Source of the DNA: Malacoraja senta
Taxonomy: Eukaryota
NCBI GenBank assembly: GCA_038087875.1
Contig: CM075995.1
Coordinates: 6,078,001 to 6,142,000 of the forward strand
Direction: 5' to 3'
Length of the DNA stretch: 64,000 nt
The notes under the pieces are model-generated. The model saw only the letters and a list, made by a program, of their open reading frames with translations, was not told the DNA's origin and searched no databases. Every line of letters starts with the position of its first letter. The first letter of the stretch is position 1. Positions 33,871-47,612 of the stretch are shown here, piece after piece. The translations under genes were made by a program, and so were the position numbers.

Positions 33871-36800
33871 AATCCTCCACTATTACTTTCATATAGGATT
33901 TATTTGTCCTTTTATTATTTTATGGGGTATGGTGTCAATGACTAGGCCAGAATTTATTTCCCATTCTTAACTCTGTTGAGCCGATTTGTAACAACCATTA
34001 CTCTCTTCCCCATCACAGCAACCCTCCCTTGCACACACTCACAAATCTTCAAAGGAATTCCAGTTTACTTAGCTTCTTGATGTTAAAAGATGTTAATGTC
34101 AAGGGAAATCACTAAAATTACTATTTTGTCCATGTTTGTAGCGGTTGTCCCAGGGAATCCAAAGTAGTGCCATTGAGCAGATTCTTGGTACTGAGTACCA
34201 CTAGACAACCACATTGAAAACTTCTTGCATATTACTGATGAGAATAATCTTGTTAAATGGTAATTGGCTTTAGATATTTAGGTGGTTTGCTGATGATAAG
34301 GACAAGCTCTTTACTATGGCCTTGAAACCAATCAACTTTCTGAAGCAGTACCAGGTTAACCTCGTATACCTGCGCAAATTTTATTGCAAAGTTTTAAAGC
34401 AGTTTTACTTTCCCCAATATTCAATAAAACTGAGTCATATGGATCAAGATTCTAAAATGCAGAAAGGTGGAACAAAAGGGTTGTAGAATAGCAACGAGTT
34501 TGCTTTTAAATTTACCCAAAAATTATTTTTAGAAAGTTAGTTTTAACACGCTGTGGTTATGCCACAGTTGCCACTGCTAATTAATGTCCTGGTGTTAGCA
34601 TGCTGTTTTGCATCATTGGTTTAAGTACACTGATCCATTCCACTTCCTGAGTAGAATTTCCAAGTCACATTGTGAGCCAAATAGAGTGCAATGGCATAAC
34701 ACAAAATCACGAAAGGCCAGTTGTTAATAGATAACATGCGTGGTTAACTGTTGTGTTAAAGTGTTATATAATAGGAGATTGGAAGGATAGCAGAGTGAAT
34801 CCCTGTAGAATGCCTCCCATTCTTGAATATATTGATTCAACTTCTCTCATCTTGGCTAAAAGAAAAAATAACATAATGTCTGTTTGGTATGAATCTAGAA
34901 TATGCAATTGGAATTCATACCAATATAGGTCAAACATTGACTCTGTAGGTAACGAGCGTGCGAACGCACACGCACACAGTGTGTTTGATAAAAAAGGGGA
35001 TGGTTTCAAAAAGTTTAATCATATTCGGAAAGCTGAAGATTTTTGCTTGATAACAATTTCCACCTTTGGTTTGTCTGATTGTACATATTAACCAGGAATT
35101 CAATATTAACCATAGCTAGGCTTACCAATCACTTGGACTTGTAGAACAACTTATCTCAGCTGGCTTTCCCTGGTTAATGTCAAATCACGTTCAACAAACG
35201 TTCTGATGAGGTAGCAAAGTCAATGAGGGAAATGTGTTTGGTGTATGGATTTTCAAAATTATTTGAAATATATGCTATCTAATGGGCTTGTCATTAAGCT
35301 TTACCCCAGGAATGAAAGCGGTAGCAGAGCTTGCGTGAGACTTGGCAAAGTGTCAAGAAACTGCAATTTTAATCAAAATGAGAGACGTTGAATCACGACA
35401 TTAAATAATAATGAACAATTTTGCAGATGACACGAAACAAACTAGAGCGTAGTTCTCAGAGGCACAGAAATTGTTCAAATTGGCAGGGTAGGTTGAGCAA
35501 GCCATTTTTTAAAAGAGCATACTGTGCCCTAGGTTTTATAAATTGATGCAAGGAGTACAAGAGTAGTGAAACCACAATGCACATTTATTCAAGCTGCATA
35601 TTAAAATAATATTGTGTTTTATGTGCTGTGGTCAAAACTTAGGAAAAATGTGAAGGTAGTTCATTAGTGCAGAATAGATTTAGGTGAACGATTCCAGGTC
35701 TTAGCAATTTGGGTGCATGGACTTGCTGGGTGTGTTGTTGAAAAAGGGATTCTAGCGGGGCATACAAAAACCTTTTTGTTTCTTAGATTTTGCAGCACAC
35801 ATTTGGCTGATATTAGTCTAACCCACTTCTTTTTTGGGTTTCCTTTGTCCAAGTAATATCTCCTTTTCTAGGAGGAAAATTTGAATTTTGTTTGGTCTGT
35901 GGTGAGAAGGTTAACAGGGAAATACTTAAAGATAGAATAGAAAAGCAATACAAGGCAAAATGTGAAAGCATATTTATTACTTAATTAAAACAATTATAAA
36001 TCATCTTCCCATCATTGTAAATTACTTTATATAACAAGTGTTGCATAGGTACAAAGCAAACGTTACACAATTTGGTTGATGGCTAATTGGGGAGTTGCAA
36101 AGGTGAACAGGTTATTACACTCATATAAAAGAATGAATGAAATACCGGTAGTTAAAACATTCCATTGGCAGAATAAAACGTACTGTGTTAAGCATTGTGA
36201 AATTAGTCATGGATTTTAAATGCTAAATTCTTGAGGCAAAGGACAGTTAATTGTTCTAAAATTCTAGAAAATAGAAACTAAACATTAGTCATAGAAAATA
36301 TTAAATGGTTAAGTATAAAACCTGAACATTTTAGACTTAGCAGCACATCATAACGAAAGATTGCCAAGATTTGAAAAGGTAGCAGTTATTAAGAAAGGAA
36401 CAATGAAAAATGTTGCACTTTTAACCTTTTGTATATTGCAACTTCCATTATTTTTGTAGTGGATTCCATTTCTGCAATGATTTGTTGAGCTGAAGTAAAT
36501 AATTTTCAATTGACAGAGAGCCAAGTAAGTCACTTATATTTCCATCGTTGATGAAATAACTGAACTTCATGTAAAGAAGTGTGAGCTGATGGCACTGAAT
36601 ATCTGAACAGTTCAAAGCTACAGAAACTTTAATAATGCATTTGGCCATAGCTCTCTGAGCTGCTTATGTAATGCACTTTTTCAAGCACCAATAAATAACT
36701 AGTCCTGGTTCTTTATAACTTATACTTTCAAGGTGGTTTGAATCTCCAGAGAAACAATTTCGGTATTCACATACAAGCAAATGCTTATCAAAACAATGTC

Positions 36801-36892
36801 CCTATAAGTTGTTATTTTTATTTTAAAAATGGATGAAATATAGATTATAGAAGCCGTGATATTCCTTTTAAATTTGCAACAACATTCACGCG

Positions 36893-37192
36893 TTTAGTTT
36901 AAAGATACAGCGCGGAAACAGGCCCTTCATCCCACCAAGTCCGCGCCAACCAGCGATCCCCGCACAATAACACTATCCTACACACACTAGGGACAATTTA
37001 CAATTATACCAAGCCAATTAACCTACAAACCTGTATGTTTTTGGAGTGTGGAAACCAGAGATCCTGAAGAAAACCCACGCAGGTCACGGGGAGAACGTGC
37101 AAACTCCATAGAGACAGGCGCCATAGTTAAGATTGAACCTGGGTCTCTGGCGCTGTAAGGCAGCAACTCTACCGCTGCGCCATTGCCACCCT
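36893..37192 (-). mobile_element. tRNA-derived SINE (HE1/V-SINE-like)
   Basis: Reverse complement of the 18659-18960 family with A/B boxes and tail. Confidence 0.85.
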
Positions 37193-39639
37193 TATGGAAG
37201 GTAAGACTGAATATTGCAAGTGAAAGTTTGCTGCTTAGTGAATGTTCAAGATGAACAAAAATGTTTACTGTTAAAGAAAAATATTCTTAAAGTGGTCACT
37301 AAAGTTTTAAAACATTTTAGATTTAACTTGTCTCACATAGTATACTCCTCGATGATTATCTTCTCAAATCCAATAGTAGAAAATCATGCTTCAGAGTGAA
37401 CAGGGATGCAGGCTGCCCCCAACAATACAACTAAAACTCATCAAACTGCTGAATTATCAGGAAACTAGGAAACAAAGCCTACATGTATTGTGAACCAGGC
37501 CACTATTAGATCTCAGCTCATTCACGGGGATTTAACTAAATGTGGGCACTAGTGAGGACAAGCTGGATTCAAACCTCTACCTCTCAAACTCAAGTTGCCA
37601 GTTATCACAATGCCATGGCTAACAACGTATGTTAACAAATTGTACAAAGTATCTCCTATTAATTTAAGAAAATAGCATGATTCTTACCTTCGAGCTTGTA
37701 TACAGAAAAAAAATTGATAGTGTAAAGTGAAATTATTTATGCATCCTAATGATTTTGCTGATAGAAATTTAATTGAATGCATTTAAATTATTAAGTTATG
37801 TGTATTTTTTAATTTGGCCACTAATTTTGTTAACTTTTGTTCATCTGGTCAGGCAACTGAAAAGAATTCCTTGTGCATATTTTAAGATGCATATCAATTA
37901 TTATTTTGACCAGATAGAGGTTACTGACTAGCAGATTTTGATAGTTTGAAATTATCTGGCATGGTTTTACCAACCCCCCCTTGTTTCGGTGAATGCAGCA
38001 AATTGCATAATCTGAATTGACTATCGGATTTCAATCAACAGCCATTCATAAAAACAAGTTTTGAATAATAAGGAAGGATTAACAACTTGTAAAGGAGATG
38101 TTAAAGTTCCAAAACATGCATCACAAATTTCACTCCAGTTCAAACAGGTAACGTTAAAGGCAAGAGTTACACTGATCTATTGTTTCATTATTCCACTTTT
38201 TTTTAAGCCATAGCTTCGCTCCTTTGCATAACTGTTAACCAAATAATTGACAGTTTACAAACATCTGAAAAGATATAAAGTGTTATTACATTTCTGTCAA
38301 TAACATACATATTATTATAAATTGGCATCATTTAACATATACCCTGCTCTCACTTACAACAAAAACTATTCATCACAGTTTCATTTATTTTTTCTGGAAG
38401 ATGACTTTACTATAGCTGCATATAGTGTTTATGGGACAAAGCATCAACATTGGAAGTTGAAAGGTTTTCAAAGTATATAAATATTTATCTTGCATAACTC
38501 AATCTGGACCAAAGGAATAGAGAAGGCAGGGTCCACTGCCACTAAAAATTGTATAGAGGAGCAACCTCTCTGGAAGAGACATAAAACCTTGCCCTAGCAG
38601 TGTGCATATTTTACCAGTTTGCTTATGAACAAGTTTTGAATAATTTTGCATGCTGCATTTACAAACAATGCAGATTAGACATCAGTTTGTTAGTGTGGAT
38701 TGTGAATATCGAGAAGAGAACAGGGAGATTAATTCTCTCCTATAAATAATTTATTTCCTGCTTCAAATTTAAAGAAACAGTGTACAGAAATAATCAAAGC
38801 AATGAAAACCAGTTTATGTGCTTCTCTTAAGGTGTTACATTCATTTAAGTAATAAACTTTTAGGTAAGATAAACTCCTAGTGTCAAGAAAAGGAACATGA
38901 ATGAGGCAAAGCGAACACTGCCTGAACACGGGGATCTTTACTGGATTATTTGAACCAGCAAAGGATTTTAACAACACTGAATTTAGCACGGGTCTCAGAG
39001 GTCATGGGGAGAAGGCAGGAGAATTGGGTTAGGAGGGAGAGATAGGTCAGCCATTGTTGAATGGCGGAGTAGACTTGATGGGCTGAATAGCCTAATTCTG
39101 CTCCTATCACGTATGATCTTATGAACTAATGGAGTTTTGGTGTTCCCATAATCTCAATTACTGTTATTAATAAAATTACTGTTAGCTTACTTTTAAAAAG
39201 GACAACTAAACCTGCTGAAATAATTTAGAGTCCCCTGGTCAGATGATTGTCAACACTGCTACTATTGGTTTCTGGTAGATAGTTTCATTTTGCATGACTT
39301 TCAACCTTTCAATGTACGGATGACTTGAGTGAGAAAGAATGTTGATGTCTGTCATATTATGGGAAAGTAATACCAAAATCTGTAGAAATTAATACTGGAA
39401 TTCTGATTTGTCTATTAGTGGGATTTATTATCCTCAATTTCTCAAGGTAACTTCTAATACTGAAAGCAAAAGGCATAACTCTTAACTGTTGACTTTATAT
39501 ATATTTTAAAATTTAGATCTTTAAAATTGTAAGTCAATAGATGAGAATTAAAATGGTTTGCAAAATGACAGCGAGTCTACAGTTGAGAATCATTTAGCCT
39601 AGAAATTTACTTTTGGGAGTGGTCATTAATTTCAAAGAT

Positions 39640-40005
39640 GCCTGGACTCGAGGGCCTGACCCATAGGGAGAGGTTGCACAGGCTAGGACATTATTCCTTG
39701 GAGCGCATAATTAATGAGGAGTGATCTTATAGAGGTGCAATAGGTTTAAGGTGAGAGGCAAAAGATTTGATAGGATCCCAAGGGACAACCATTTTTTTTA
39801 CACAAAGGGTGGTGAGTATATGGAACGAGCAGCCAGAGGAGGTAGTTGAGGCAAATACTATCATAATATTTAAAAGACATTTGGACAGGTACATGGATAG
39901 AATAGGTTTAGAAGGATATGGGCCAAAGGCAGGCAGGTGGGACTAGTGTAGATGGGGCATGTTGGTCAGCAGGTTGGGCCGAAGGGCCTGTTTCTATGGT
40001 GTATG
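39640..40005 (+). mobile_element. Old CR1 3' fragment
   Basis: Degenerate ORF2 end followed by a gggccgaagggcctgtttc terminus. Confidence 0.7.
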
Positions 40006-40144
40006 ATGACGACTCTTGGTGCAACTCTTTTCTGATGTGGAAATTCTTCTTGCCTCATTCTGAAATGGCCAGCCATTTGCCATGAGACTATGCCTATTTT
40101 TCTAGACTAGCTAGCCTTGACCTTATGGAATTCCATCTAGTTGT

Positions 40145-40672
40145 AGAATAAGAGGGGGCTCTTTTAAAACTGAGATGAGGAAGAACTTCTTCACCCAGAG
40201 GGTGGTTAATTTATGGAATTCACTGCCCCAGGGAGCAGTGGAAGCAGAAACATTAAATATATTTAAGTCTAAAATAGATGGTTTTTTAGCTGCCAAGGGG
40301 ATAAGGGGCTACGGGGAGAGGGCAGGGATATGGACCTAGGTATGGTTAGTATAGTAAGACCTGAGTGATCTCCTGGACAAGTGTCGATCGCCTGGATTGG
40401 GGTCGGAGAGGAATTTCCCGGATTTTTTTCCCGAATTGGACCTGGGTTTTTATCCGTTTTTTGGCCTCCCCCAGGAGATCACGCGGTTCTTGGGGTGGAG
40501 AGGGGTGATAGCGATATAAAGGGGAGGGTAGTGTCTTGTGTTCTGTGTCTTGTGTCTACTGTTTGTGGGTAAGGGTGTCTGTTTAGTGTTCAGCCATGAG
40601 CGAATGGCGGTGCGGGCTCGATGGGCCTGGTGGTCTACTCTCGCACCTACTTTCTATGTTTCTATGTTTCTA
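40145..40672 (+). mobile_element. CR1 3' fragment with extended 3' UTR
   Basis: EMRKNFFTQRVVNLWNSLP-type end; (CTATGTTT)n tail; extra ~250 nt in the UTR. Confidence 0.75.
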
Positions 40673-41467
40673 TTCCTAAAGACTTCTCTCCTGAAAGAGC
40701 TTCTACTGTGAGAGTATTAGGACTGCCCCGGCCCTCTAGTTATGTATATCTGCCTTCTTCCAAATTTCAGAAGAGTATATGGCAAGACCATCCCACCACT
40801 TCCCCCAGTCATTCTTGAATTAATTCAGTGACTCTCAGCTGCACTGCGCCAGGGACAAGTATATTCTTTCTTATGCTTGGATACTGGATCTGAACAAAAT
40901 GCTTCAAAGAGGTGTCATCCAAGAGCTTTACAATTGCGGCATGACCTCCTTACTTTCACAGTTCACGGCCCTTGTAGTAATGATCAACACACCACTCTCC
41001 GCCTTTGTACCTCCTCTTTGTATGAACCAGCACCATGCGATCCCACTGTATATCAACAATCACTAGTTTCTGAACAATAAAAAAATGTTTTTTTCTATTC
41101 TTACCACTGAAGTAAACATCAGCACAACTTAAATATCGTATTGTATTACAACCTGATCAGAATACACAAAGGCACTGCTGACATTTTACTGGAATCCACA
41201 AACAAATCCAAAAATTAATCCCTTTGGAAAATAATTTTACTATGAAATTCAGTGACAAACCTACCTCAATACTTGCTGTGAATCCAAATTTTCACTCTGT
41301 GTGATCAGTTGGTTTTCTCAAGGAAATTATTTCCCCTAAATTAGAAAGCATATTATCTAACATGGTGAAGAATTGCAGAGCTCTGAAATGGAGGGTTCTT
41401 GAGCATAGTTTGAAAAAGGCTAGTAGGTTTGTACTGTAAATGATTAGGGAAGCTAATCAGATGTTAT

Positions 41468-44046
41468 AGCAGTAGTAGTGAAGTTGGGGATGGCATCAAA
41501 CAGGAAATTAGAAATGCGTGCAACAAAGGCAAAACAGTTATAATGGGTGACTTCAATCTACATATAGATTGGGTGAATCAAATTGGCAGGGGTGCTGAGG
41601 AAAAGGATTTCTTGGAATGTATGAGGGATAGTTGTCTAAACCAACATGTAGAGGAACCAACGAGAGAGCAGGCTATTCTAGACTGGGTATTGAGTAATGA
41701 GGAAGGGTTAGTTAGCGGACTTGTTGTGCGTGCCCCCTTGGGCAAGAGTGACCATAATATGGTTGAGTTCTTCATTAGGATGGAGAGTGACATTGTTAAT
41801 TCAGAAACAACGGTTCTGAACTTAAAGAAAGTTAACTTTGAGGGTATGAGACGTGAATTGGCCAAGATTGACTGGCAATTAGTTCTAAATGGGTTGACGG
41901 TGGATATGCAATGGAAGGCATTTAAAGACTGCATGGATGAACTACAAAAAATGTTCATCCCAGTTTGGCAAAAGAATAAATCAGGGAAGGTAGTGCATCC
42001 GTGGATAACAAGGGAAATCAGGGATAGTATCAAAGCAAAAGATGTTGCGTACAAATTAGCCAGAAAAAGCAGCATACCAGAGGACTGGGAGAAATTCAGA
42101 GACCAGCAGAGGAGGACAAAGGGCTTAATTAGGAAAGGGAAAATAGATTATGAAAGGAAACTGGCAGGGAACATAAAAACTGACTGCAAAAGTTTTTATA
42201 GATATGTGAAGAGAAAGAGATTAGTTAAAACAAATGTAGGTCCCTTGCAGTCAGAAACAGGTGAATTGATCATGGGGAACAAGGCTATGACGGACCAATT
42301 GAATAACTACTTTGGTTCCGTCTTCACTAAGGAAGACATAAATAATCTGCCGGAAATAGCAGGGGGCCGCGGGTCAAAGGAGATGGAGGAACTGAGTGAA
42401 ATCCAGGTTAGTCGGGAAGTGGTGTTGGGTAAATTGAATGGATTAAAGGCCGATAAATCACCAGGGCCAGATAGGCTGCATCCCAGAGTACTTAAGGAAG
42501 TAGCTCCAGAAATAGTGGATGCATTAGTGATAATTTTTCAAAATTCTTTAGATTCTGGAGTAGTTCCTGAGGATTGGAGGGTAGCAAACGTAACCCCACT
42601 TTTTAAGAAGGGAGGGAGAGAGAAAACGGGGAATTACAGACCAGTTAGTCTAACATCGGTAGTGGGGAAACTGCTAGAGTCAGTTATTAAAGATGGGATA
42701 GCAGCACATTTGGAAAGTGGTGAAATCATTGGACAAAGTCAGCATGGATTTACGAAAGGTAAATCGTGTCTGACGAATCTTATAGAATTTTTCGAGGATG
42801 TAACTAGTAGAGTGGATAGGGGAGAACCAGTGGATGTGTTGTATCTGGACTTTCAGAAGGCTTTCGACAAGGTACCACATAAGAGATTAGGATACAAACT
42901 TAAATCACACGGTATTGGGGGTTCAATATTGATGTGGATAGAGAACTGGCTGGCAAACAGGAAGCAAAGAGTAGGAGTAAACGGGTCCTTTTCACAATGG
43001 CAGGCAGTGACTAGTGGGGTACCGCAAGGCTCAGTGCTGGGACCCCAGCTATTTACAATTTATATTAATGATCTGGACGAGGGAATTGAAAGCAACATCT
43101 CCAAGTTTGCGGATGACACTAAGCTGGGGGGCAGTGTTAGCTGTGAGGAGGATGCTAGGAGACTGCAAGGTGACTTGGATAGGCTGGGTGAGTGGGCAAA
43201 TGTTTGGCAGATGCAGTATAATGTGGATAAATGTGAGGTTATCCACTTTGGTGGCAAAAACGGGAAGGCAGACTATTATCTAAATGGTGGCCGATTAGGA
43301 AATGGGGAGGTGCAGCGAGACCTGGGTGTCATGGTACACCAGTCATTGAAAGTAGGCATGCAGGTGCAGCAGGCAGTGAAGAAAGCGAATGGTATGTTGG
43401 CCTTCATAGCAAGAGGATTTGAGTATAGGAGCAGGGAGGTTCTACTGCAGTTGTACAGGGTCTTGGTGAGACCACACCTGGAGTATTGCGTACAGTTTTG
43501 GTCTCCAAATCTGAGGAAGGACATTATAACCATAGAGGGAGTGCAGAGAAGGTTCACCAGACTGATTCCTGGGATGTCAGGACTTTCATATGAAGAAAGA
43601 CTGGATAGACTTGGCTTATACTCGCTAGAATTTAGGAGATTGAGAGGGGATCTTATAGAAACGTACAAAATTCTTGTGGGGTTGGACAGGCTAGATGCAG
43701 GAAGATTGTTCCCGATGTTGGGGAAGTCCAGGACAAGGGGTCACAGCTTAAGGATAAGGGGGAAATCCTTTAAGACCGAGATGAGGAAAAACTTTTTCAC
43801 ACAGAGAGTGGTGAATCTCTGGAACTCTCTGCCACAGAGGGTAGTTGAGGCCAGTTCATTGGCTATATTTAAGAGGGAGTTAGATGTGGCCCTTGTGGCT
43901 AAAGGGATCAGGGGGTATGGAGAGAAGGCAGGTACGGGATACTGAGTTGGATGATCAGCCATGATCATATTGAATGGCGGTGCAGGCTCGAAGGGCCGAA
44001 TGGCCTACTCCTGCACCTATTTTCTATGTATCTATGTATCTATGTA
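41468..44046 (+). mobile_element. Young 5'-truncated CR1 subfamily 'B' with uninterrupted 800-aa ORF2 remnant
   Basis: ORF 41543-43945 is open; (CTATGTAT)n tail; nested in an old CR1 remnant (~41340-44600). Confidence 0.95.
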
Positions 44047-45399
44047 TTTATTAAGGGGAATTCAATATAAAGGTTGGGAAGATGTGCTTCACCTAGAGAA
44101 GACGTTGGCGAGATCACATCTAGAGTGCTGTGTGCAGTATAGATCCCCATAAATTATTAAGATTGTTGATGTGCTGCAAGTAGCTCAGAGAAGCATTACT
44201 TGGCTGACATGTGAAATGGACAGGTTGTCCGATGAAGAGTGATTGAACAGGCTAGGCCTGTTTCTGCTGAAATTCAGGCAAGTGAAAGGTGACTTGAAGC
44301 ATAAGATCCTGAGGAGTCTTGACAGGGTTTTGTGGAAAGGATGTTTCCTTTAGTGGGAGAATCTTGAACCAGAGGGTCACTGGTTAAAACAAAAGGGAAT
44401 GCTTGTTTAAGACAAAGGCTTTTCTCTCAGAGGAACACATGTTTTCAGAACTCTCACTCACAGATCAAAGGAAGCAAAGTCTTTGAAGGTGTTTAAGGCG
44501 GAGATCGATAGATTCTTGATAACCTTTCACACTTGATTACCAGGGAGAGGCAGGAATGCAGAGTTGTGGTTACAGTTAGGAGTAGGCTGAGTGGCCTACT
44601 AAATTATGTTTATATGAAATCAGGTGCTCTGAAACAAAGTGCATAAGTTTGTTAACTACTGGAATATATATCCACTATGTGTGGGTGCTGCATTGCGGAA
44701 GCCAATGACGTGATAGTGCTATCAAGACGAGTTGGTGATTTGCTGGTGTTTAGATAACAGAATTGGTAAAGTGTCTAATGGATGCAAAAGCAAAAGGAGG
44801 TCTACAGGTGGAATAATTTTGTGACTAGCTACAAATTGGAATAATTTTGTGACTAGCTACAAATTGCATATCAAGTAAAGTATGTAGAAGAGATGCAAAA
44901 TAAATGTATCATCATTTTGCTTTTACAAAAAGGACAAAAGATCAATCATATTTCCCCTTATTGTACCTCTAAAATTCTGAATGTGGGATGACAATATTGG
45001 GTTTATTACAATATCATTCTTTTCAAATAATTCTCATTTTGTAATTGATTAGTGAATCTCTATCCCATGTAGAAACCAAAAGGCCTTTCTGATTAGCCTT
45101 TAGGAACTATAAAGTTGAGTCTCATTATCCAAACTACAAGGTACAAATAAGGTACAAATAGTTGTGTTTCTCAGCACTAATCTCAGATTTTCTTTACAAA
45201 ACGCCATTCATTCTGACTAGTTTTAGAAACAGACTAGGTGTAATAATTTAACTTTTGTAAGCGATGGAAATCACTGCAGTAAAAAGTGTTCTATGTGCCC
45301 CGTGGTACTGAATACTATAGGGTTTATGCAATGGCATGCCCATTAACCAAATCAAAACAGTCCTACATCATTTAGTTCACAAAGATATCTTAAAGTGAC

Positions 45400-45740
45400 T
45401 ACACCAATGGCACATTTATTTGTTTAAGTGCAAAAAACCCTTTGCAAGTGAAAAATATAAAATCTTAAAACATTAAAATAAAATTTCTTCATTATCAACT
45501 TTTCAATCTCTTGTATGCAGATCTCATTGAATACAGGACAACACCTGAATACATTTATTTTCATGAACCTGCAAGTATTTTTAATTTGGTACTCAATATT
45601 GTTTCTATTTTTTATACATAACATTGTCACGCATTTGCCTTTTTAATTTTCTTTTCAACATCACCTCAGAGTTATTTGCAGATGGCAAATCGCTAATTGG
45701 AGGATACCCGAGGTAGCTGGTGGAGGTCAATTTGAGTCTG
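45400..45740 (-). other. OSBPL10: Probable OSBPL10 3' UTR (minimum extent)
   Basis: Minus-strand AATAAA at 45559-45554 and 45420-45415; another at 45007-45002. The true end is unknown. Confidence 0.45.
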
Positions 45741-45788
45741 TCAGTAGTGTGCCTTCCAGATGGGATTAGAGTACACCCAACCATCTCC
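45741..45788 (-). CDS. OSBPL10: OSBPL10 final coding exon (GDGWVYSNPIWKAHY*)
   Basis: Translated by hand; acceptor ataacag|; resembles the mammalian GDGWVYFNPLWKAH terminus; TGA at 45743-45741. Confidence 0.92.
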   Translation of the reverse strand, partial: GDGWVYSNPIWKAHY

Positions 45789-45946
45789 CTGTTATGGAAT
45801 AGGAAAAAGTGGTTAATTCATTACCACAACCAGTTTGAAAGGACACAATATACCTTGTTCTTAAAGTGCAATAACAGAAGAAATTTAAAGATATTTCTTG
45901 ATGGATAGAAGGACAGATCATCCAAGTGCAACAAGGCTACAAATTG

Positions 45947-46066
45947 TGTAGGAAGGAAAGACGCAAACGAGTCTGAAGAAGGGTCTCGACCCGAAACGTC
46001 GCCCATTCCTTCTCTCCAGAGACACTGTCTCTGCTGAGTTACTCCACTATTTTGTGCCTATCTTCG
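45947..46066 (+). mobile_element. 120-bp Penelope-like insertion
   Basis: 13-bp TSD AGGCT(A/G)CAAATTG at 45934-45946 and 46067-46079; short inverted 5' piece (tgtaggaagga). Confidence 0.75.
45971..46002 (+). ncRNA. Minimal type I hammerhead ribozyme motif
   Basis: CTGAAGA-A-GGGT(CTCG)ACCC-GAAA-CG-TC; GUC triplet ends at 46000. Confidence 0.62.
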
Positions 46067-47325
46067 AGGCTGCAAATTGCTAATATGATCATCAGTGGAA
46101 ACTCGTGTAGTGTTTTGCTGTTGGCTACACGTTCTGTTAAAATTACAATAAAGGGGCAAACGGAATTCTTACTTCAAGAGTTCCCAGAAAGGAAATGTAG
46201 CATTGCCAATAAGTGTAATAATGAGAAGGTCTCTGCCTGTGCCATTTCATAGTCAATATTAATGTTATGGTATCTTACGCCATGTTATATACACCCTGGG
46301 GTGGGGGAGCACAAAGATTGATATTAATCAATCTGAAGTGCCATGTGAATGAGAATTGCAGAACCGAGGGACAAGCCAGAATGAAGAGGTCAGTAACTTT
46401 GCAGACAGACATTTTAAAATAATGCCATGTGTTTTAGCTAAATATGTTGAGATCTGTTTAGCAAAGACAAAGTTATCAAGTGCCAGATACAAAGAATATC
46501 ATACATATACTCCTGGAAGTGGCCTAATTGCGAGGAGCGATGAGGGGCTCAGGTTTACCTGAGCAATTAATCAAGTACACCTCAACATTAGTTCTGGTGG
46601 CCTTTAAGATTTTACTGAAGTCGTTCACTCCATCCCAGCAGGCAACAATGTTGTGCAATTAGCCTTAAAGGTTTGATTAATCTTCTGCAATGATCTTGAT
46701 TAATCAAGATGTAAGTACATATGATTTTCGAAACACAACGAAGCTGAATTACTTTATTCCAATTTTTATTGTGTTACGAAATGTGACTGTGGTCCTTTTA
46801 AAGTTTGTTAACATATGTCAAAATGGCTTCTGAAAGAAAGTATAATCACTTAGAAATATTAAAATCTCTTGATGGCTTCATTCTTCCAATCACAAAAATA
46901 AAGACTACACTGGTTCATTCTTTCCGGAGTAAAATTCTGACTTAAAGGCAAGGGTGCTAATTTGACACTTTCATCCATTGCTTCCGTACATTGCATCTTG
47001 TGTATTCGCTCCTGTACTTGCTTCTTTAATAGTGGTTGTGCTATGAATAATCTAGGCATTAAGCTCGAAAGATTATTCTTCCCTAAACGTCTCAACCGTT
47101 TCTTTTAACAGCCTTCATAAGTCGTGCTTTAAAGAACTTGGCAAAATGCAGCAACAAACAAGAACTACCAAGTTCTAATATAGTTCTAATAATTTCTGGA
47201 GCTCCCACATTTTGAAGCAAATTTGTAATGGAATTGAATACTGGAATTTATATACAGTTGTGGAATATGATTATATTGATGTTTATTCCCATGTTTGGCT
47301 GACAAACTGCAAGGATTTTAATTAC

Positions 47326-47479
47326 CTCTTTTTGAAAATACTTTGGTTTCCAAAGATTGTTTGTCGATACTCTTTGCCTCTCCTCAACTCTCTGTCCCTC
47401 CTCCAGAAGGTGCTTGTTCTCTGTTGCTGCATCAATATTACCCACTTTTAGTGCATTGGTCACTAGCTCCCAGAGACGC
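47326..47479 (-). CDS. OSBPL10: OSBPL10 penultimate coding exon
   Basis: RLWELVTNALKVGNIDAATENKHLLEEGQRVEERQRVSTNNLWKPKYFQKE; ttttag| and |gtaatt; phase compatible with both neighbouring exons. Confidence 0.92.
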
Positions 47480-47612
47480 CTAAAAGGTCAGGAAAATCCA
47501 AAATCTTATTATCACAGATATTGCCAATAGAAACATTATGTTTTAAATATAATATTTGCTATTATAATGGAAAGACACTCTCATTAATCACAATCTCAAT
47601 GATAAAATGGAG

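Noticed and set aside
36448..36648. Possible OSBPL10 terminal exon (ends WNPLQK)
   Set aside because: The true terminal exon at 45788-45741 matches far better and has a proper acceptor.
44810..44867. Short tandem duplications (also 17685-17730 and 19190-19330)
   Set aside because: Ordinary slippage-type repeats with no further structure.
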